DNA of 64,000 nt from Octopus sinensis (GCF_006345805.1 NC_043011.1:15822464-15886463); one strand, 5' to 3'; counted from the stretch's first letter, positions 14,045 to 27,680 are shown. The notes: generated by a model from the sequence alone, not told the origin. Made by a program: numbers and translations.

Positions 14045-14700
14045 GACTTAAGCACAATGCCTGAAAAATAAAAGACAGTTGTTAACAATGGAAACTGTTT
14101 CAAAATAGTCTGCTTGAATATATGTGACATGGGCATGAACATAAACAAACGATAACAATGCCGGCAAATGAATTTAAATTATTAATCTAGCGCTATATCG
14201 CAATATGGGCTAACTAACACCAAAAACCTTCAGAGAACACTATTTCTGAAGCCTGTTGTTGCTGTTATATATGAATTGGTCGGAAACTCAGAAAATATTC
14301 CATGTCACTAATTTCTAAAATGTTTCTTGTCCAGGTTTACATAATAGATAATAATATAGGAATTTGATTATATCTCTCCATAAGGAATTTTCCTATTCTT
14401 GGACCCTTCATATTATTCTAATTCATAAGGGAAAATTTGTATTTCTATTCTTTAACGATGAATTAAACAGACAGACTATTTGTTCACTTATTCCTATCAT
14501 GTTCACGTGGAAATATTGTATCCTAGTGATATCTTGTATAAGTGATTGGTGAGCATGATAAATTGATTTATTTTCTCTCCTTTCTTACACTCAGTGACAG
14601 TCTTTCCTTCTTTCTTTCTTTCTTATCTTTCTTTCTTTTATTCTTTCTTTCTTTCTCTTGCTGTAGTTGTAACTCCCTCTCTACATTTCTCTCTACACAC

Positions 14701-14731
<31 letters not shown>

Positions 14732-15589
14732 CGTATATATATATACACTCGGTACATTTATATAAGAAACGAAACAATCATATACCATGCATTCACGCAA
14801 CATATATTAATAACATACACGTCTGAAAATTGAAAAATTTTATCGATTTGTGTGGATAATATTCAGTCCAAACTCCCCACTACCACACCAACTTCCATTC
14901 AAACATTCGATTACCCTTAGAAATGTTGTCAAACTCGTACAATATTAAAAATGTACAGCTTATTGTCAGCATTAAAAGAAAGAAGTACATGAAACGCTTA
15001 TATTTCAATAATTTTGTTCATTTAGCTGAATACAAAATGAAACACGCTAGTTCTAACATACTAAAAGGGCATTAATTAAAATCGGCTATACAATTATACT
15101 TCCTGTGCCTATGAACAATTCCTCTGATACTTTTCTTCAATGAACAAAAATTTGGCATGTAAGCATATACTTCGAATTGTACAAAGGCGTCATGCGTTTG
15201 GTGGTAAATTCGAGGGGGTAGATATTATTGGTAAGAGAATATTTTTAATTAGTGCTAGCTGGTTTAATATGTTGGTAATAGGTGTAATTATAGTCTCAGC
15301 TTTGTTAAAGGGTCATTAACTAAATTAGAACAAACACATTATGATAAAAGCAGGAGGGCTAGAAAACGCTTTTGTTCTGTTTCGGTTTTTGTCATGAGAT
15401 TGTATGTGTAACATGCTATTATTTACAAACTTGGCGAATTACGTAAATAGAATTTCACAATCTCAAACACATACACGCACAATATTTGATATGTGTGTAT
15501 GTATGTATGTATGTATGTATGTATGTATGTATGTGTGTATGTATGTATGCATGTATGTATGTATGTATGTATGTATGCTTGCATGCATG

Positions 15590-15638
<49 letters not shown>

Positions 15639-16059
15639 ATGAGTGTGTGTGTATGCATGCGTATATATGTATACACATAAGTACATACATTTCTATGCAT
15701 GTATATATTGGGTCATCTCGTAAGTAATGCCGTTTCTCTTATACTTCTTTCATTATGCGTATATATATATGTATATACGTGTGTATACGTATACACATAC
15801 GTACATACATATCTATGCATGTATATATTGGATCATCCCTTAAGTAATGTGGTTTTTCTTATACTTCTTTCATTAAGATAAAGAGAGTTGTTTTTTAAAC
15901 TAAAATGCACTCTCCTTCATTCTCTACAATGTTCTTCCATCTATCTGGTAGACTTGCAAGGCCCGTGTTCAAAAAGTATCTATGATGAAAAATACGCCTC
16001 TGGTCCTATTCTGACCGCGTCTACAGAATTCAGTTATTTTTTGTCGTCCAACTGATTTT

Positions 16060-16846
16060 GAATACGATGGGTGGGATATTGTTTCCTATTCAAACTGCTC
16101 CAGTCTTTGGAATGTATGTGACCGAGCATTATCCTGATGGAAGAACACCTGTCATCTACAAAACACCCTTTCTGGATAGTCTTGTGACTGGTGACGAAAA
16201 ATGGATCCTCTATCGAAATGTTAAATGTTGTAAACAGTGGCTTGGTAAAAGGGAAAAAGCTCAACCACAACCAAGAAGAGCAGTTCATGTGGAAAAGGTT
16301 ATTATCTCTATGTGGGGGCATTGCAAAGGAGTAATTCACTTTGAATTGTTACTACCTAATGCAACAATTAATGTTCAAGTCTAATGTCAGCAACTAGAGC
16401 GTTTGAACCAAGCTTTGAAGTAAAAAAAGACCCGTTTTAGGGAATCGAATAGGAGTGATGTTTCATCAGGACAATGCGCGCCCCCATACTGTAAAGATCA
16501 CATCACAGAGGATCAAAGAGTTTGGTTAGGAAAAAAATTCCTCATCCACCTTATTCTCCCGACCTTGCTTCTTCAGACTGCCAATTGTTTCGTAGTTTAC
16601 AGAATCATTTGGGGGACATAAGTTTCGCAAGCCTGGAGGATCTCGAAACTGACATTCCCGAGTTCTTTACTTTGAAACCAAAAGAGTTTTATATTGATGG
16701 AATAAAAAGAAGCTTGTAAATAGAGGGAATGAAGTCATTGGTAATCAGGGAAAGTACATTGATGATTACATTTCAATTAAATATAACATTTGATCACTTG
16801 TTTTTTTTATTCAAAACTCGGACAGAACTTATGGGATGACCTGATA
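16060..16846 (+). mobile_element. Mariner (D,D34D) transposase remnant with 3' TIR
   Basis: FLDSLVTGDEKWILYRN, GVIHFELL, HQDNARPH-like and HPPYSPDLASSD motifs, with stops. Terminal AACTTATGGGATGACCTGA-TA. Confidence 0.9.
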
Positions 16847-17656
16847 GAGGACACCTTAAAAATCCAACAATTGTTTCAATTGCATTAACATGTACATATA
16901 TATTCATACAGACACAAACACACAAACACGCACACATATATATATATAATTTTATTAGAATCAATGACAATATTTAAGAAAATTTATATGGATACAACAC
17001 TATCAACGTAATGTATATTGGTGAAATTTTCAGTGAACATCTGAAAAAATGTTGGATAGATAGATACACAAGGGTCTACATGATAGGGATAGAAATGTTA
17101 GCCAAATTTTTTTATTAATTTATACACGTCACCCATATTGCACAGTCTGGTAGTGTAACTGATCTTCATGTTTTCTTTTGTCTTCATTCCAGGCAAATAA
17201 TGGATATCAAATAGAAGCAAGGTGCATTCTTTAAGTTATTAAGTGAGGATACCTGCATCGATGCAGCTTCTTTGTTTTCTACAAAAATCTACCAGAGTTC
17301 GCAGACTAAGCACTCGTCCATCAACTACAAGCACTGACACGAATCTGCAACCAGTGGTGGAACTGGTAAATCACAATCCGTGAACCTGTTGCAGAACTGC
17401 TAGAATACTTCGGCTATCTACATTCGAGAGTTGTCATTATTACTTTCACGACCACCGTCGTGGGTATGTATGTATGTGTGTACGTATGTATGTATGTATG
17501 TATGTATGTATGTATATATGTAAGTATGTATGCATATATGCATGTATGTATGTATGCATGTATGCATGTATGTATATATGCATGTATGCATGCAAGTATG
17601 TGTGCAGGTAGATAGATACGTAAGTATGCATGTATATATGTATATACATATATATA

Positions 17657-17705
<49 letters not shown>

Positions 17706-17720
17706 GTATATATATACATA

Positions 17721-17779
<59 letters not shown>

Positions 17780-17792
17780 ATTTACATGTGTA

Positions 17793-17823
<31 letters not shown>

Positions 17824-18867
17824 GCAAACATACACACACACACACTCACAGATATATACTCGTATGATTTTCATCTTATATTTTAATATTTTTATGTAAA
17901 AAAATTGTCTTTTTGCTAGACAGTTAATGAGTCACAGGGACTGAAATTTGAGGGGAGGGGTTAATTATTTCATCTACCTCAAATGTCTGAAAGACAAAGT
18001 CAACCTGCGTAGGACTGGTATTCAGAAAGTAAATCATGCGAAATAACGCCAAACATTCTTGCGAGGTATTCTAACGTTTGTACCAGCACGTCGCTTTCAA
18101 CAATGTTAATAATACATGCTTTCTTTCATTGCATATGATCTGAACCATAACACTATTCAGTGTCAATCTTGAATTATTCTGCATTGTTCTCCACTAATTC
18201 CAAATCTACATATTTATTATTATTGTTAATGAAGTTTACAGGTCCCAGAAATGTATTGTGATGTCTTCTTATAAACTTGCCAGTATATTTGCAGAGGTGT
18301 CTATACATTTAAACGATCTCACAAGTTTGACGCATTTATTACATAACCCAACATCAATAAGTGAGTTGAAATCATGATTTGTTCATTTATTAGTGCAATT
18401 ATCACCTACGTACCAGCTTGTAAATATAGAGTTGTAGAAATTAATAACACGTGGGTGAACACATCGGAAAAGCTGTATAAATTTTTCACAACTAATTATT
18501 ATTCCTGTTTGCGTCGAGATATCCCAACCCAGTAAGTGCGTATTAAAATTATGGATCAATGAGAAAAGATGAAAATATTGTGAATATTTCGAAAAAATAA
18601 TAAAGGTAACACTTATTATGCACTTTTATTTCAAAAATCATCCAGATCTCTCCGCACTGTCTCATTTAACGTCTCTCTTGACAAATATAATTCTCTTCAT
18701 ATAGAATAACCACTGATAATTGAAAACTGCAGAAATGTCATTGAAGTCTAGGAATTTCTAAGTAAATGAGAAATTGCTATTATAGAATCTTAGTTATTAC
18801 AGGCGTTAATGAAATATCCTTTACAATGAAGAATATTGTATTATATATATATATATATATATATACG

Positions 18868-18910
<43 letters not shown>

Positions 18911-19029
18911 ATGTGTGTGTGTTTTAGAAACATTGTGAGAAAGGGTAAATCACTTCAAATGTGGCACACGAGGTACTTATATCAATAATTTTTTCTGCTG
19001 TAGGCACAGGCGGGAAATTTCTGTGGGCG

Positions 19030-19540
19030 GCGTCTATTCGATTAAATTGACTCCGGTGCTCAACAACTGGTACTTGTTTTACCAACCTCAAAAAGGTGAA
19101 CGGTAAATCAACCTTGTTGAAATTTGAACTCTAATCGTAGAGGGGGCCGCGATGTTGGTTATGATTTTCACTAGCATGATAACGATTCTGCCAGCATGTA
19201 AAATATGGACTTGACTGCATAGAGAATATTGATGGCTGCGTGTGTAACTCAGCCCATTCTGCCATGGTCCTTCCAATATTCTCAGAATTAGAAGCTTTTT
19301 TACCTGTAGGAATTGTATTTTGTTTAGCTTATACGAATCTGATAGGGCAATGAGCTGACAGAACCGTTAGTACCCAAGGCAAAATGCTTAGCAGCATTTG
19401 TTCCGGCGTTTTATGTTCTGATTTCAAATTCCGATGATGTCGATCTTACTTACATACCTCGGAGTCAATAAAACTAGTTGGGCACTGAAGCCTATATAAT
19501 TGACTTGCTTCTTCAATCAAAATTTTAGGTTTGTGCTCAT
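19030..19540. mobile_element. Two decayed SINE family C copies (19030-19160 minus; 19340-19540 plus)
   Basis: Residual TTCAAATTCCG..GTCGA and AACTAGTTG..ACTG motifs. Confidence 0.55.
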
Positions 19541-20139
19541 GTTAAAAAAGGATTATATTAGGATTTTTACATATTTATTCATTTTTCAATTTTTATTAAT
19601 TCCTGTGGTGGAAACGAAATCCTTTAGACGAGCAACGCTAAGTATATAAATCTATATACGATATTGTGTGAAAACAGCCCTGGATGCAAAGGGGCCGATA
19701 GTTGAGAATGGGACTCGAACGTATATTTTCTAAGAATACAATAGATGTGCTATCATAATGCCAAAGCAAACGTTCGAAATATTTCCTTATTCGTTTTAAA
19801 AGTTTTGTTCTTACCAGCGACAATTTTATGCTGTTTACTTTATGAGACTTACCGAAAAATGTTTGATGTGCTAATGATGCTGCTAGCATATAAAATATTG
19901 GGTTAAAAATCCCGTTGCCTGCAAAATAAATGAAGCCTGCTCGTGCCACATTTTCTACGAAAATAAAATAGTGCTAACATCTTAACAAAACAACATTTTG
20001 ACTTCTCTCTATCCGTTTTAGAAGCTTGGCTCGGAGCAGATTTTTGAATTAATTATTTTTAACTAAACAGTTTGAAACAGCGAATACTGGTAGAATTTCC
20101 CACGTAGAACACGGTTTACTCTGAACGGGTTTGACAAAA

Positions 20140-21216
20140 TTTCATATTCTAGAAATTATCTCGTGTTAAATTTGTCGTATTTAGGTAATTTCAATCAATC
20201 AACGACGTGTATTCGGTTGAAGAAAACTACTGCTGTTTACAATAGTAATCGAAGAGGAACAACTTCTGGGTCATCTCTCCTAAATGTCACAACTCTGTTC
20301 GAAGAATCAACACCAAGAAGGAAGAAATTTTACTTACATATATTTATTAGTTTTCCCGACATCGGTGTTTTATCCACACATAAAGCGCGTCGGTGTTTAA
20401 AAGACCTATAGAGCAACAAGTCCGCAGCTAGCTTTTTTGTTGCTGACGTATATCTACTTTCAAAACGCCTTATTTTACAACTCTCTTTTCTCTTTTCTCT
20501 TTTACTTGTTTCAGTCATTTGACTGCGGCCATGCTGGAGCACGGCCTTTAGTCGAGCAAATCGACCCCGGGACTTATTCTTTGTAAGCCCAGTACTTATT
20601 CTATCAGTCTCTTTTTGCCGAACCGCTAAGCGACGGGGACGTAAACCCACCAGCATCGGTTGTCACTCACAAGGCATTAGTCGGCCCGGGGCTATAGCAG
20701 AAGACACTTGCCCAAGATGCTACGCAGTGGGACTGAACCCGGAACCATGTGGTTGGTTAGCAAGCTACTTACCACGCAGCCACTCCTGCGCCTGTATTGT
20801 TATTGTCATGATTACTATAATCAGAAACAAACATATTTCGTCAATATAAGTCTTTATTGGATAAAAGAAATAATATTATCAAGTAAGACAAAACAAATAG
20901 CCGCTTATACACCGGAAAATACGGTACTTGAAGTGGCAGTGAAAGTTCGCTCGCTGGTGGCTAGTTGATAGTGTAGAAGGGAGGGAAAGAGTAAGGAATG
21001 CGCGTTATTGACTAGAAAGGAAGAATGGATAATGGTCGCTCGTTATACGAATAGAACAGAGTGGTGATATTTAGTAGAGATGACCCGGAGGTTGTTACTC
21101 TTCGACTACTATCGCAAACAGTAGTGTAGCTTTCGTCAACCGAATACACGTCGTTGATTGGTTGAAAGTACCCAAATATGGCAACTTTAACAAAAATAAT
21201 TTCTAACATACGAAAT
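20140..21216. mobile_element. Foldback/MITE-like element with ~160-bp imperfect inverted arms, interrupted by a SINE
   Basis: 20140-20300 is the reverse complement of 21054-21216 (e.g. CAATCAACGACGTGTATTCGGTTGA and GGGTCATCTCT..AAAT..CA..ACTCTGTTC). Confidence 0.7.
20481..20790 (-). mobile_element. SINE family A lacking the central microsatellite region
   Basis: Reverse complement of the head and tail of 231-672, joined at ~20665. Confidence 0.85.
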
Positions 21217-22128
21217 GTTGTCTAATAAAGTCTTGTCCTTAGAGCGCTTTCTTTAAGAGCGTCTGTATAAAGATTTCCTTGAGAAAGAGAGATTGCAAAT
21301 TCTTTTACAAAGATAATAAAATTCCTGAAGTCTATTGCGTGTTGCTACGTTTCTTCATTGACATAAGTCATCTTGTTGGCTTCCTGCAAGACATGTTAAT
21401 GTCGCTAATCAACTGGAAAATTGAGGTTGGTTTTGATGGTGATATTTAGACCGAAGGACGTGTGTGCCTGGAAAATATAATTCCTGAATCGGACAGGGGG
21501 AGCGACTTTGGTGCTCTTGAAGATTTCTATGGCATCATCATTGCATAGTCTCAAAGACAGAGGAGAGAAATATTTCCCTAGACTGTCAAACAGATAATAC
21601 ATTTAGGCTGCAAACATCAGCTCAAAATTTTCGTCTGTGACAGACCACTTGACACATATAAAGCCATCGCTCATCTTCTTCTTTGTTATATAAAATTATT
21701 TGATATTATACGATATCATTGAATCATGCTCTAAATTATTACATTAAAATATTTTATAGTATCTTATATGAAGTAATTATTCTTAGCGGTATTTTTATGA
21801 TTTTCCTTTCAGCTTATTTCTATAAAATTTAAACTTACACAACCTTCAAGCATATGTCGTGGATTTTTGAACAACATATAATTAAGACTATCGGAGTGGT
21901 TATACTGGCAAAGTTAAACAGTTTTGTATCGCTTTTAGTTGACAATGTTTGTTCATCCTGCAGGCGTTAGACACAATGTCTGATGAACGGTGGCACAGGT
22001 GTTGCTTAATGGCCTGTACTCGGAGACCTTCTTAGCACGTCATACTCGGAAAGTCGGAGAAATATGAGAGTGAGACTTCCGTGTTCATGTTACACACAAA
22101 CACACACATACATATTTATATGTCCATA

Positions 22129-22160
<32 letters not shown>

Positions 22161-22162
22161 GT

Positions 22163-22370
22163 TAATCCAAACATGAAAACACAAAGAGAAAACACAACAA
22201 CGCGAGGACGTGGAACAAATATAGTATTATTGGATGCTCAGGAAGGAAGGCAAGACGGAGTGTTTTACGTTCCGAGCGGAGCTCTTCGTCAGAAACATAG
22301 AAAAAGGAAAGATCCAGACAAGGGAAGACGGAGGGAAAAAAATCGCCAACGGTACACACGCGGTCACACA
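22163..22370 (-). mobile_element. Short PLE-terminus-like element between (TA)n tracts, with a minimal hammerhead motif (one core substitution)
   Basis: Minus 22297-22261 reads TGTTT-CTGACGA-A-GAGC TCC GCTC-GGAA-CG-TA-AAACA. Confidence 0.6.
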
Positions 22371-22375
22371 CACAC

Positions 22376-22416
<41 letters not shown>

Positions 22417-22793
22417 TATATATATATATATATATATAAACTGATGACTTGTAATGGTAGGTTAGAATTGATGTTTGCATGTCTGTTAAAAGAAGTGTAA
22501 TACATTCTAAACAGCTGTTTTTGCGTAGAAGGTTGACTCGTAATAACGAGTTGACATTGTTGTCTGCATGTTTACCAAACTCGTTGTAAAAATTTATAAA
22601 AGTCGTATATGGAAAAGAATTGTAGTAATTACTATATGCTGACTATAATCAACTTAGGAGATGACTCGAAATAACGAGTCAACATTATTATTGTTTCCAA
22701 GTGTATCAAATATAAACTATAGTTATGGGAAGTATATATCTGTATTGTAGGAAGATATATAACGTTCATTGTTAATGTATTTATGAGATCAGG

Positions 22794-23146
22794 GTGGAGG
22801 CGCAATGGCCCAGTGGTTAGGGCAGCGGACCCGCGGTCATAGGATCGCGGTTTATTGAGCGAAAACACCTAAAGCTCCACGAGGCTCCGGCAGGGGATGG
22901 TGGTGATCCCTGCTGTACTCTTTCACCACAACTTTCTCTCACTCTTACTTCCTGTTTCTGTTGTACCTGTATTTCAAAGGGCCGGCCTTGTCACTCTCTG
23001 TGTCACGCTGAATATCCCCGAGAACTACGTTAAGGGTACACGTGCCTGTGGAGTGCTCAGCCACTTACACGTTAATTTCACGAGCAGGCTGTTCCGTTGA
23101 TGCGGATCAACCGGAACCCTCGTCGTCGTAACCGACGGAGTGCTTC
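22794..23146 (+). mobile_element. tRNA-derived SINE sharing its 3' half with family B but with a different 5' half
   Basis: A box TGGCCCAGTGG. 22962-23142 aligns to 11497-11676; the 5' parts do not align. Confidence 0.8.
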
Positions 23147-24796
23147 CATCCATGAGATCAGGATTGTCGTTTCTATGTGAAGTGAAATGGTTACAAAAAT
23201 CTAAACATGCTGAGTAAAATCCTAACGAAAATAATCTAGAAAAAAATTGAATGTTCAACTAAAATATGATGGTATATTCTTTAGTAGTGGAGGATTTTAT
23301 AGAAATTTTAAAATTAAGATTAAAATTTAAAATGTCCCGTATTGGTGTAATGTTTGACGCTGAATCTCAGGCCTAACTCACTTGTCCTCCCCAAATTGTA
23401 AAATAGGTTACAGAGGTTTAAAGTTTTATACCTTTAACCCAGTTAGAAAACAAGATTTGGAAGCTGTCATTTTGTGCATGAATGTAATCGTACGATAGCA
23501 ACACAGTAAGGTCAACATTGTGATAATAGCGTGCGTTTTAAGCAGGTCATATGCGAAAATGTCGAAACAAACGAGTAAAAAAACTCTTATTTTGTAATTT
23601 TAAGCATATTCAAGAAGTGGGTATCGAAAATGCAACGCAAAATATCCAAAAATATCAACAGATGGGTACAAGCAGGAAACTATAGCGCAAAATAAAAGTT
23701 TATGCACACAAGTGTTTTTCGAAAACAAGAGTTCCAACCCTTGGCTTCTTACTATAGAAACTGACAGCTGTATATCTATAACATGTGAATGGCTAAAATT
23801 ACCCCAAATTTACCAAGTTTAAACACTATTAACTGTTTGTTTATTGATTTATGGCGAAAACGAATTTCATTTCAATAATTAGTATACAAGACTACATCAT
23901 TACACCAAATTTGAAATCAATTGGATCAGAATTCAAGAAATTGAAAAGTGGCTGGCAAAGAGAAAAGATCCGTAGTAGATTTAATAAATACACATATAAC
24001 GATTAACTAAGAGGCGACTGGACGTTGCTTATCGGTTGGAGAATAGGAGTACTTAGATTCGTGAATTTGTATGGGAATAATGTGAGATGTATGTGTTTCA
24101 AATGCCAAAGCAAATGTAACTAAATACAAAATACATATATAATATGGGAAAGGAAGTAAACCTATGGTCTACCAGTTAATGGTCAGTGAAATTCATAAAG
24201 GTCATTTAAAGCCAAACGGCCGGAAAGTAAAGATAACAGATAATTAAGAGAAGTTGTCTTGGATCTTAAATATAGAATAGTAAACAAAACAATCCCTTAT
24301 AAATTAACTTATTTTACATTAGCCCATTGACACACTTAGTCTACTGCATTGAAAAAGCCATCATTTCATTTTTATTTTATTATCACTATCACTTTTGGTA
24401 TTGTTATTATTTTCATTAAGGTTGCCTCGCCCGGAATCTTATGAACTTAGTGGATAATAACAAACGTGGTATATTTGGAGAAATGCAAAGAAATCATCGC
24501 ATTTCATCCGAGAAAGCACCTACACTCAGCTTTGTCTTAAAAACGTATTTAATCATAGAGTAATTCTAAAGAATAATCTTAGATAATGTTATATGAATGT
24601 TAACTCGGTAACATAAATCTGGTGTTCGTTGCAGAATCAAATGATGTGGTTTACTATTAAAACCTGACATTTTCCATCCTCGTGTTATATTATCCTTATA
24701 TATATATCATTAATTAATAAATTTTAGGGTAGCAAAAAAAATTCTAGAAAAATTCTTGAAAAATTCTCCGCTACCAGTGGTCTAGCGAGAAATAGT

Positions 24797-24842
<46 letters not shown>

Positions 24843-25240
24843 ATACGTAATTAAGAAGTGATTAATATGGGATTATCAATCTAGACGAAACACTTCATAA
24901 GTTCTCTGCAGATGATCAGGTGTGTAATTTTTTTGTTTTGTTCTTGCTGCTACTTTTCAACTTCCCTGCTTTGCTTTTGTAATACTTCCCTGCTTGCTTG
25001 AAATAGACGACCCAGTTTCCAAGTAATAGTATCTGGATCATGTTTCTGTCTTTTGGCAGCCGGTCTTTTGTGGTACTGATGGAGATAAAGAGCGATGATT
25101 GTTTTCTATCTTCTTAGTCGATCGATTAATGCGATTGGACTATGAAACCAAAATGTATCCATTGCATTTCAGACTCATCAATAAACGTATAATTATCAAT
25201 TATGCATGTATAGTATATATATATATATAGATATATATAT

Positions 25241-25344
<104 letters not shown>

Positions 25345-25511
25345 ATGTAGATGTGTGTATTTTAAGACGGAAAAATAGATAAATAGTTACCAGGGTAGCA
25401 AAAAATCACACAAGTAAAAAGGTTGAAACTTCGGGCTTACGTGAAATATTTTGTATAATATACACAAATGAATAAATGAAGTTAAACGCAGGTGTAATTC
25501 CAATTCTTTTA

Positions 25512-25597
25512 CTTCCGACACATGTTTCGAAGATATCACTGGTATTATTCAAAGGAATAAAATGTTGTAAAACAATGAAATCTTCTCTTCAGGGAAG
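25512..25597 (-). ncRNA. Type-I hammerhead ribozyme, canonical core
   Basis: CUUCC-CUGAAGA-GAAGAU..AUCUUC-GAAA-CAUGUG-UC^GGAAG. Stem I 5-6 bp, stem II 6 bp with G10.1-C11.1, GUC cleavage triplet. Confidence 0.8.
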
Positions 25598-26052
25598 TGA
25601 AGAAATGAAATTCATCAATAAGACATTTTAACAAAAAATGATGGATATGTCTAGTGATTAACTGAACGCTATTAAGATTGTTTAAAGAAACAAAGGTTAT
25701 AGGATATAACGTTAAATGTAGCCTATAGAAAGAGGAGGGATAATGGAAAGAAAAACTAAATAAATAAGAAGTGTATAACTATATGTATATTAAATAAAAT
25801 CATATAGACTTGGGAAAAGATATCTCTAGTGAATGTGAAATGTAAGAAGAAAATTAATGTTTAAATTATATATAATGATAGATATCATTATATGAACTAA
25901 AGTTTTGTCTCTGCCAATATTTACATCGGTATGCACGCTCTATAATCATGTTTAAAAGGGGATTTTTAGAAAAAAGAGTAAAAAATAGTATAGTTCAGAA
26001 TTATGTATAGGTCAGAAATATGAATATATATATATATATATACGTTTAAATA

Positions 26053-26503
26053 TTTGTTGTGCAAGATTTTTTATGTGAAGTCGTGCGTTGAAACAGATAT
26101 TGTTATATTTCGGAATGGTCATTTTGCCAGTTTAGCCAATAAAAACACACACACTATATATTTGGTGTTATTTTGCTTCATTGTTATTTATTTTTTACAT
26201 AAACAGAAGATACAAATATTACAGGCATCCCCCCACATACACACATTAAATAAACATAAACGCACATAGAGATATAAGCATGCGCAAATGAAGACATACA
26301 ATAGAAATACAAAATGGCTGACGGTAAGTATGGAGAGACACAAATAAGAAAGAAGAAAACAAAGGACCACTGATGCGGTCACAGGAGTGTGACGAAAGAA
26401 CTCTGGCCGAAATAAGATTAAGATTAATGTAAAAAATAAATAACAGTGCGTGTGTTTTTATTGGCTAAACTGGCAAAATGACCATTCCGAAATATAACAA
26501 TAT
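26053..26503 (+). mobile_element. Short element with ~55-bp terminal inverted repeats and an inactivated hammerhead motif
   Basis: 26097-26150 is the reverse complement of 26448-26503. GACCA-CTGATGC-G-GTCAC..GTGAC-GAAA-GAAC-TC-TGGCC at 26365-26408. Flanked by (TA)n. Confidence 0.7.
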
Positions 26504-27497
26504 ATATATATATATGTAAAATAATACAAACTGGGACAACTCAAAACATTTAGAAGACGATACAAAAACACGGACGGGACATTCGAAGCCTTCAATCTTC
26601 AGTCAAGAACCGGATCATCCTCGCAATTTCGGCTGATTAATCTTGAGATTGCTCCAATCTGGCCAGCCCCAAGGAAAATCTAAGCTAAGCGCATTAGATT
26701 CCTTGGAAGAAAGCCTCGAATGTATACAAAACAAAGACGGAAAAACGGACGATGTTACACGAATATGAATACAAAAATACGTAAAAACAATAATAATAAT
26801 ACATATATAAAAGAGATAGACAAAATTCGTTCTAGAAATCATCAACGGTGAATAGCAATGTATATTCAATTTAAAGTGCTACAATATGTTTTCGTTTATA
26901 TATTTGCTGTAAAAAAAAAACGATAACTTAAAAAATTAATTTACTGAAAAAACAAACAGACGTAAAAATTTAACGATTCTAAATAAACAATCAAAATTAT
27001 TTTTAAAAGACTATAATTACTTTACAAATGTTACCATTTAAATATTTCATTTCTGTTTTTTTTTATCTTTTCACTCGAATTGGTAATTTTCACAAATACG
27101 TATACAGCTGAAACTATATACAAAAAGCAGATCAAATAATCAGAGAAAATTTCATAAATACATTATTTTATTCAGTATTTAACAATCTAAGAATCACAGT
27201 CACAGAGACACAGACATATGCATGTTTGGGAGTCGACATCTCTATGTGTGTATCAATAAATACCGATCATATATATAAATGTATGTATGTATGTATGTAT
27301 GTATGTATGTATGTATGTATGTATGTATGTATGTATGTATGTATGTATATATATGTTATGAGAGGTAGTGGTGTCAGTGAGACCCAAAGGTGAATAAGTG
27401 CTATGGATAGACCATAGTTAAGTTCCAGGTTAGGTGATTATGCGAAATAGGGGTCCAACTTAGGTCATATATCAGCGTGAGGTATAATTTTTTTTTT

Positions 27498-27680
27498 GTA
27501 ATGAGATAAAAAACCCAAGGATGTGTAGACTTTAGAACATTTATAAATAGAAGGTCTTACAGCTGTTTCTAGGATATTTATTATATCATTTCATCGGAGA
27601 CGGTGTGAAAAGATGGTTAAGCAATAGTTAATTTAGATAAGATACAAAATCGTCACAGCCTTGTTTTTTTATCTCATTAC
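27498..27680 (-). mobile_element. Short inverted-ended element with a decayed hammerhead motif
   Basis: Inverted repeat 27498-27520/27659-27680. Minus strand reads GTCT-CCGATGA-A-ATGATAT..ATATCCT-A-GAAA-CAGCTG-TA-AGAC. Confidence 0.55.

Noticed and set aside
17192-17366. Exon-like segment with splice-like sites on both strands
   Set aside because: All plus frames are closed. One minus frame is open for only ~37 codons with no recognisable homology.
21405-21602. 65-aa minus-strand ORF with an acceptor-like site
   Set aside because: No motif, and its phase is incompatible with the neighbouring candidate exons. AG acceptors are common in AT-rich DNA.
26575-26640. CTGAAGA..GAAT and CTCAAGA..GAAA hammerhead-like strings on the minus strand
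   Set aside because: Core substitutions and no pairable stem I or III.
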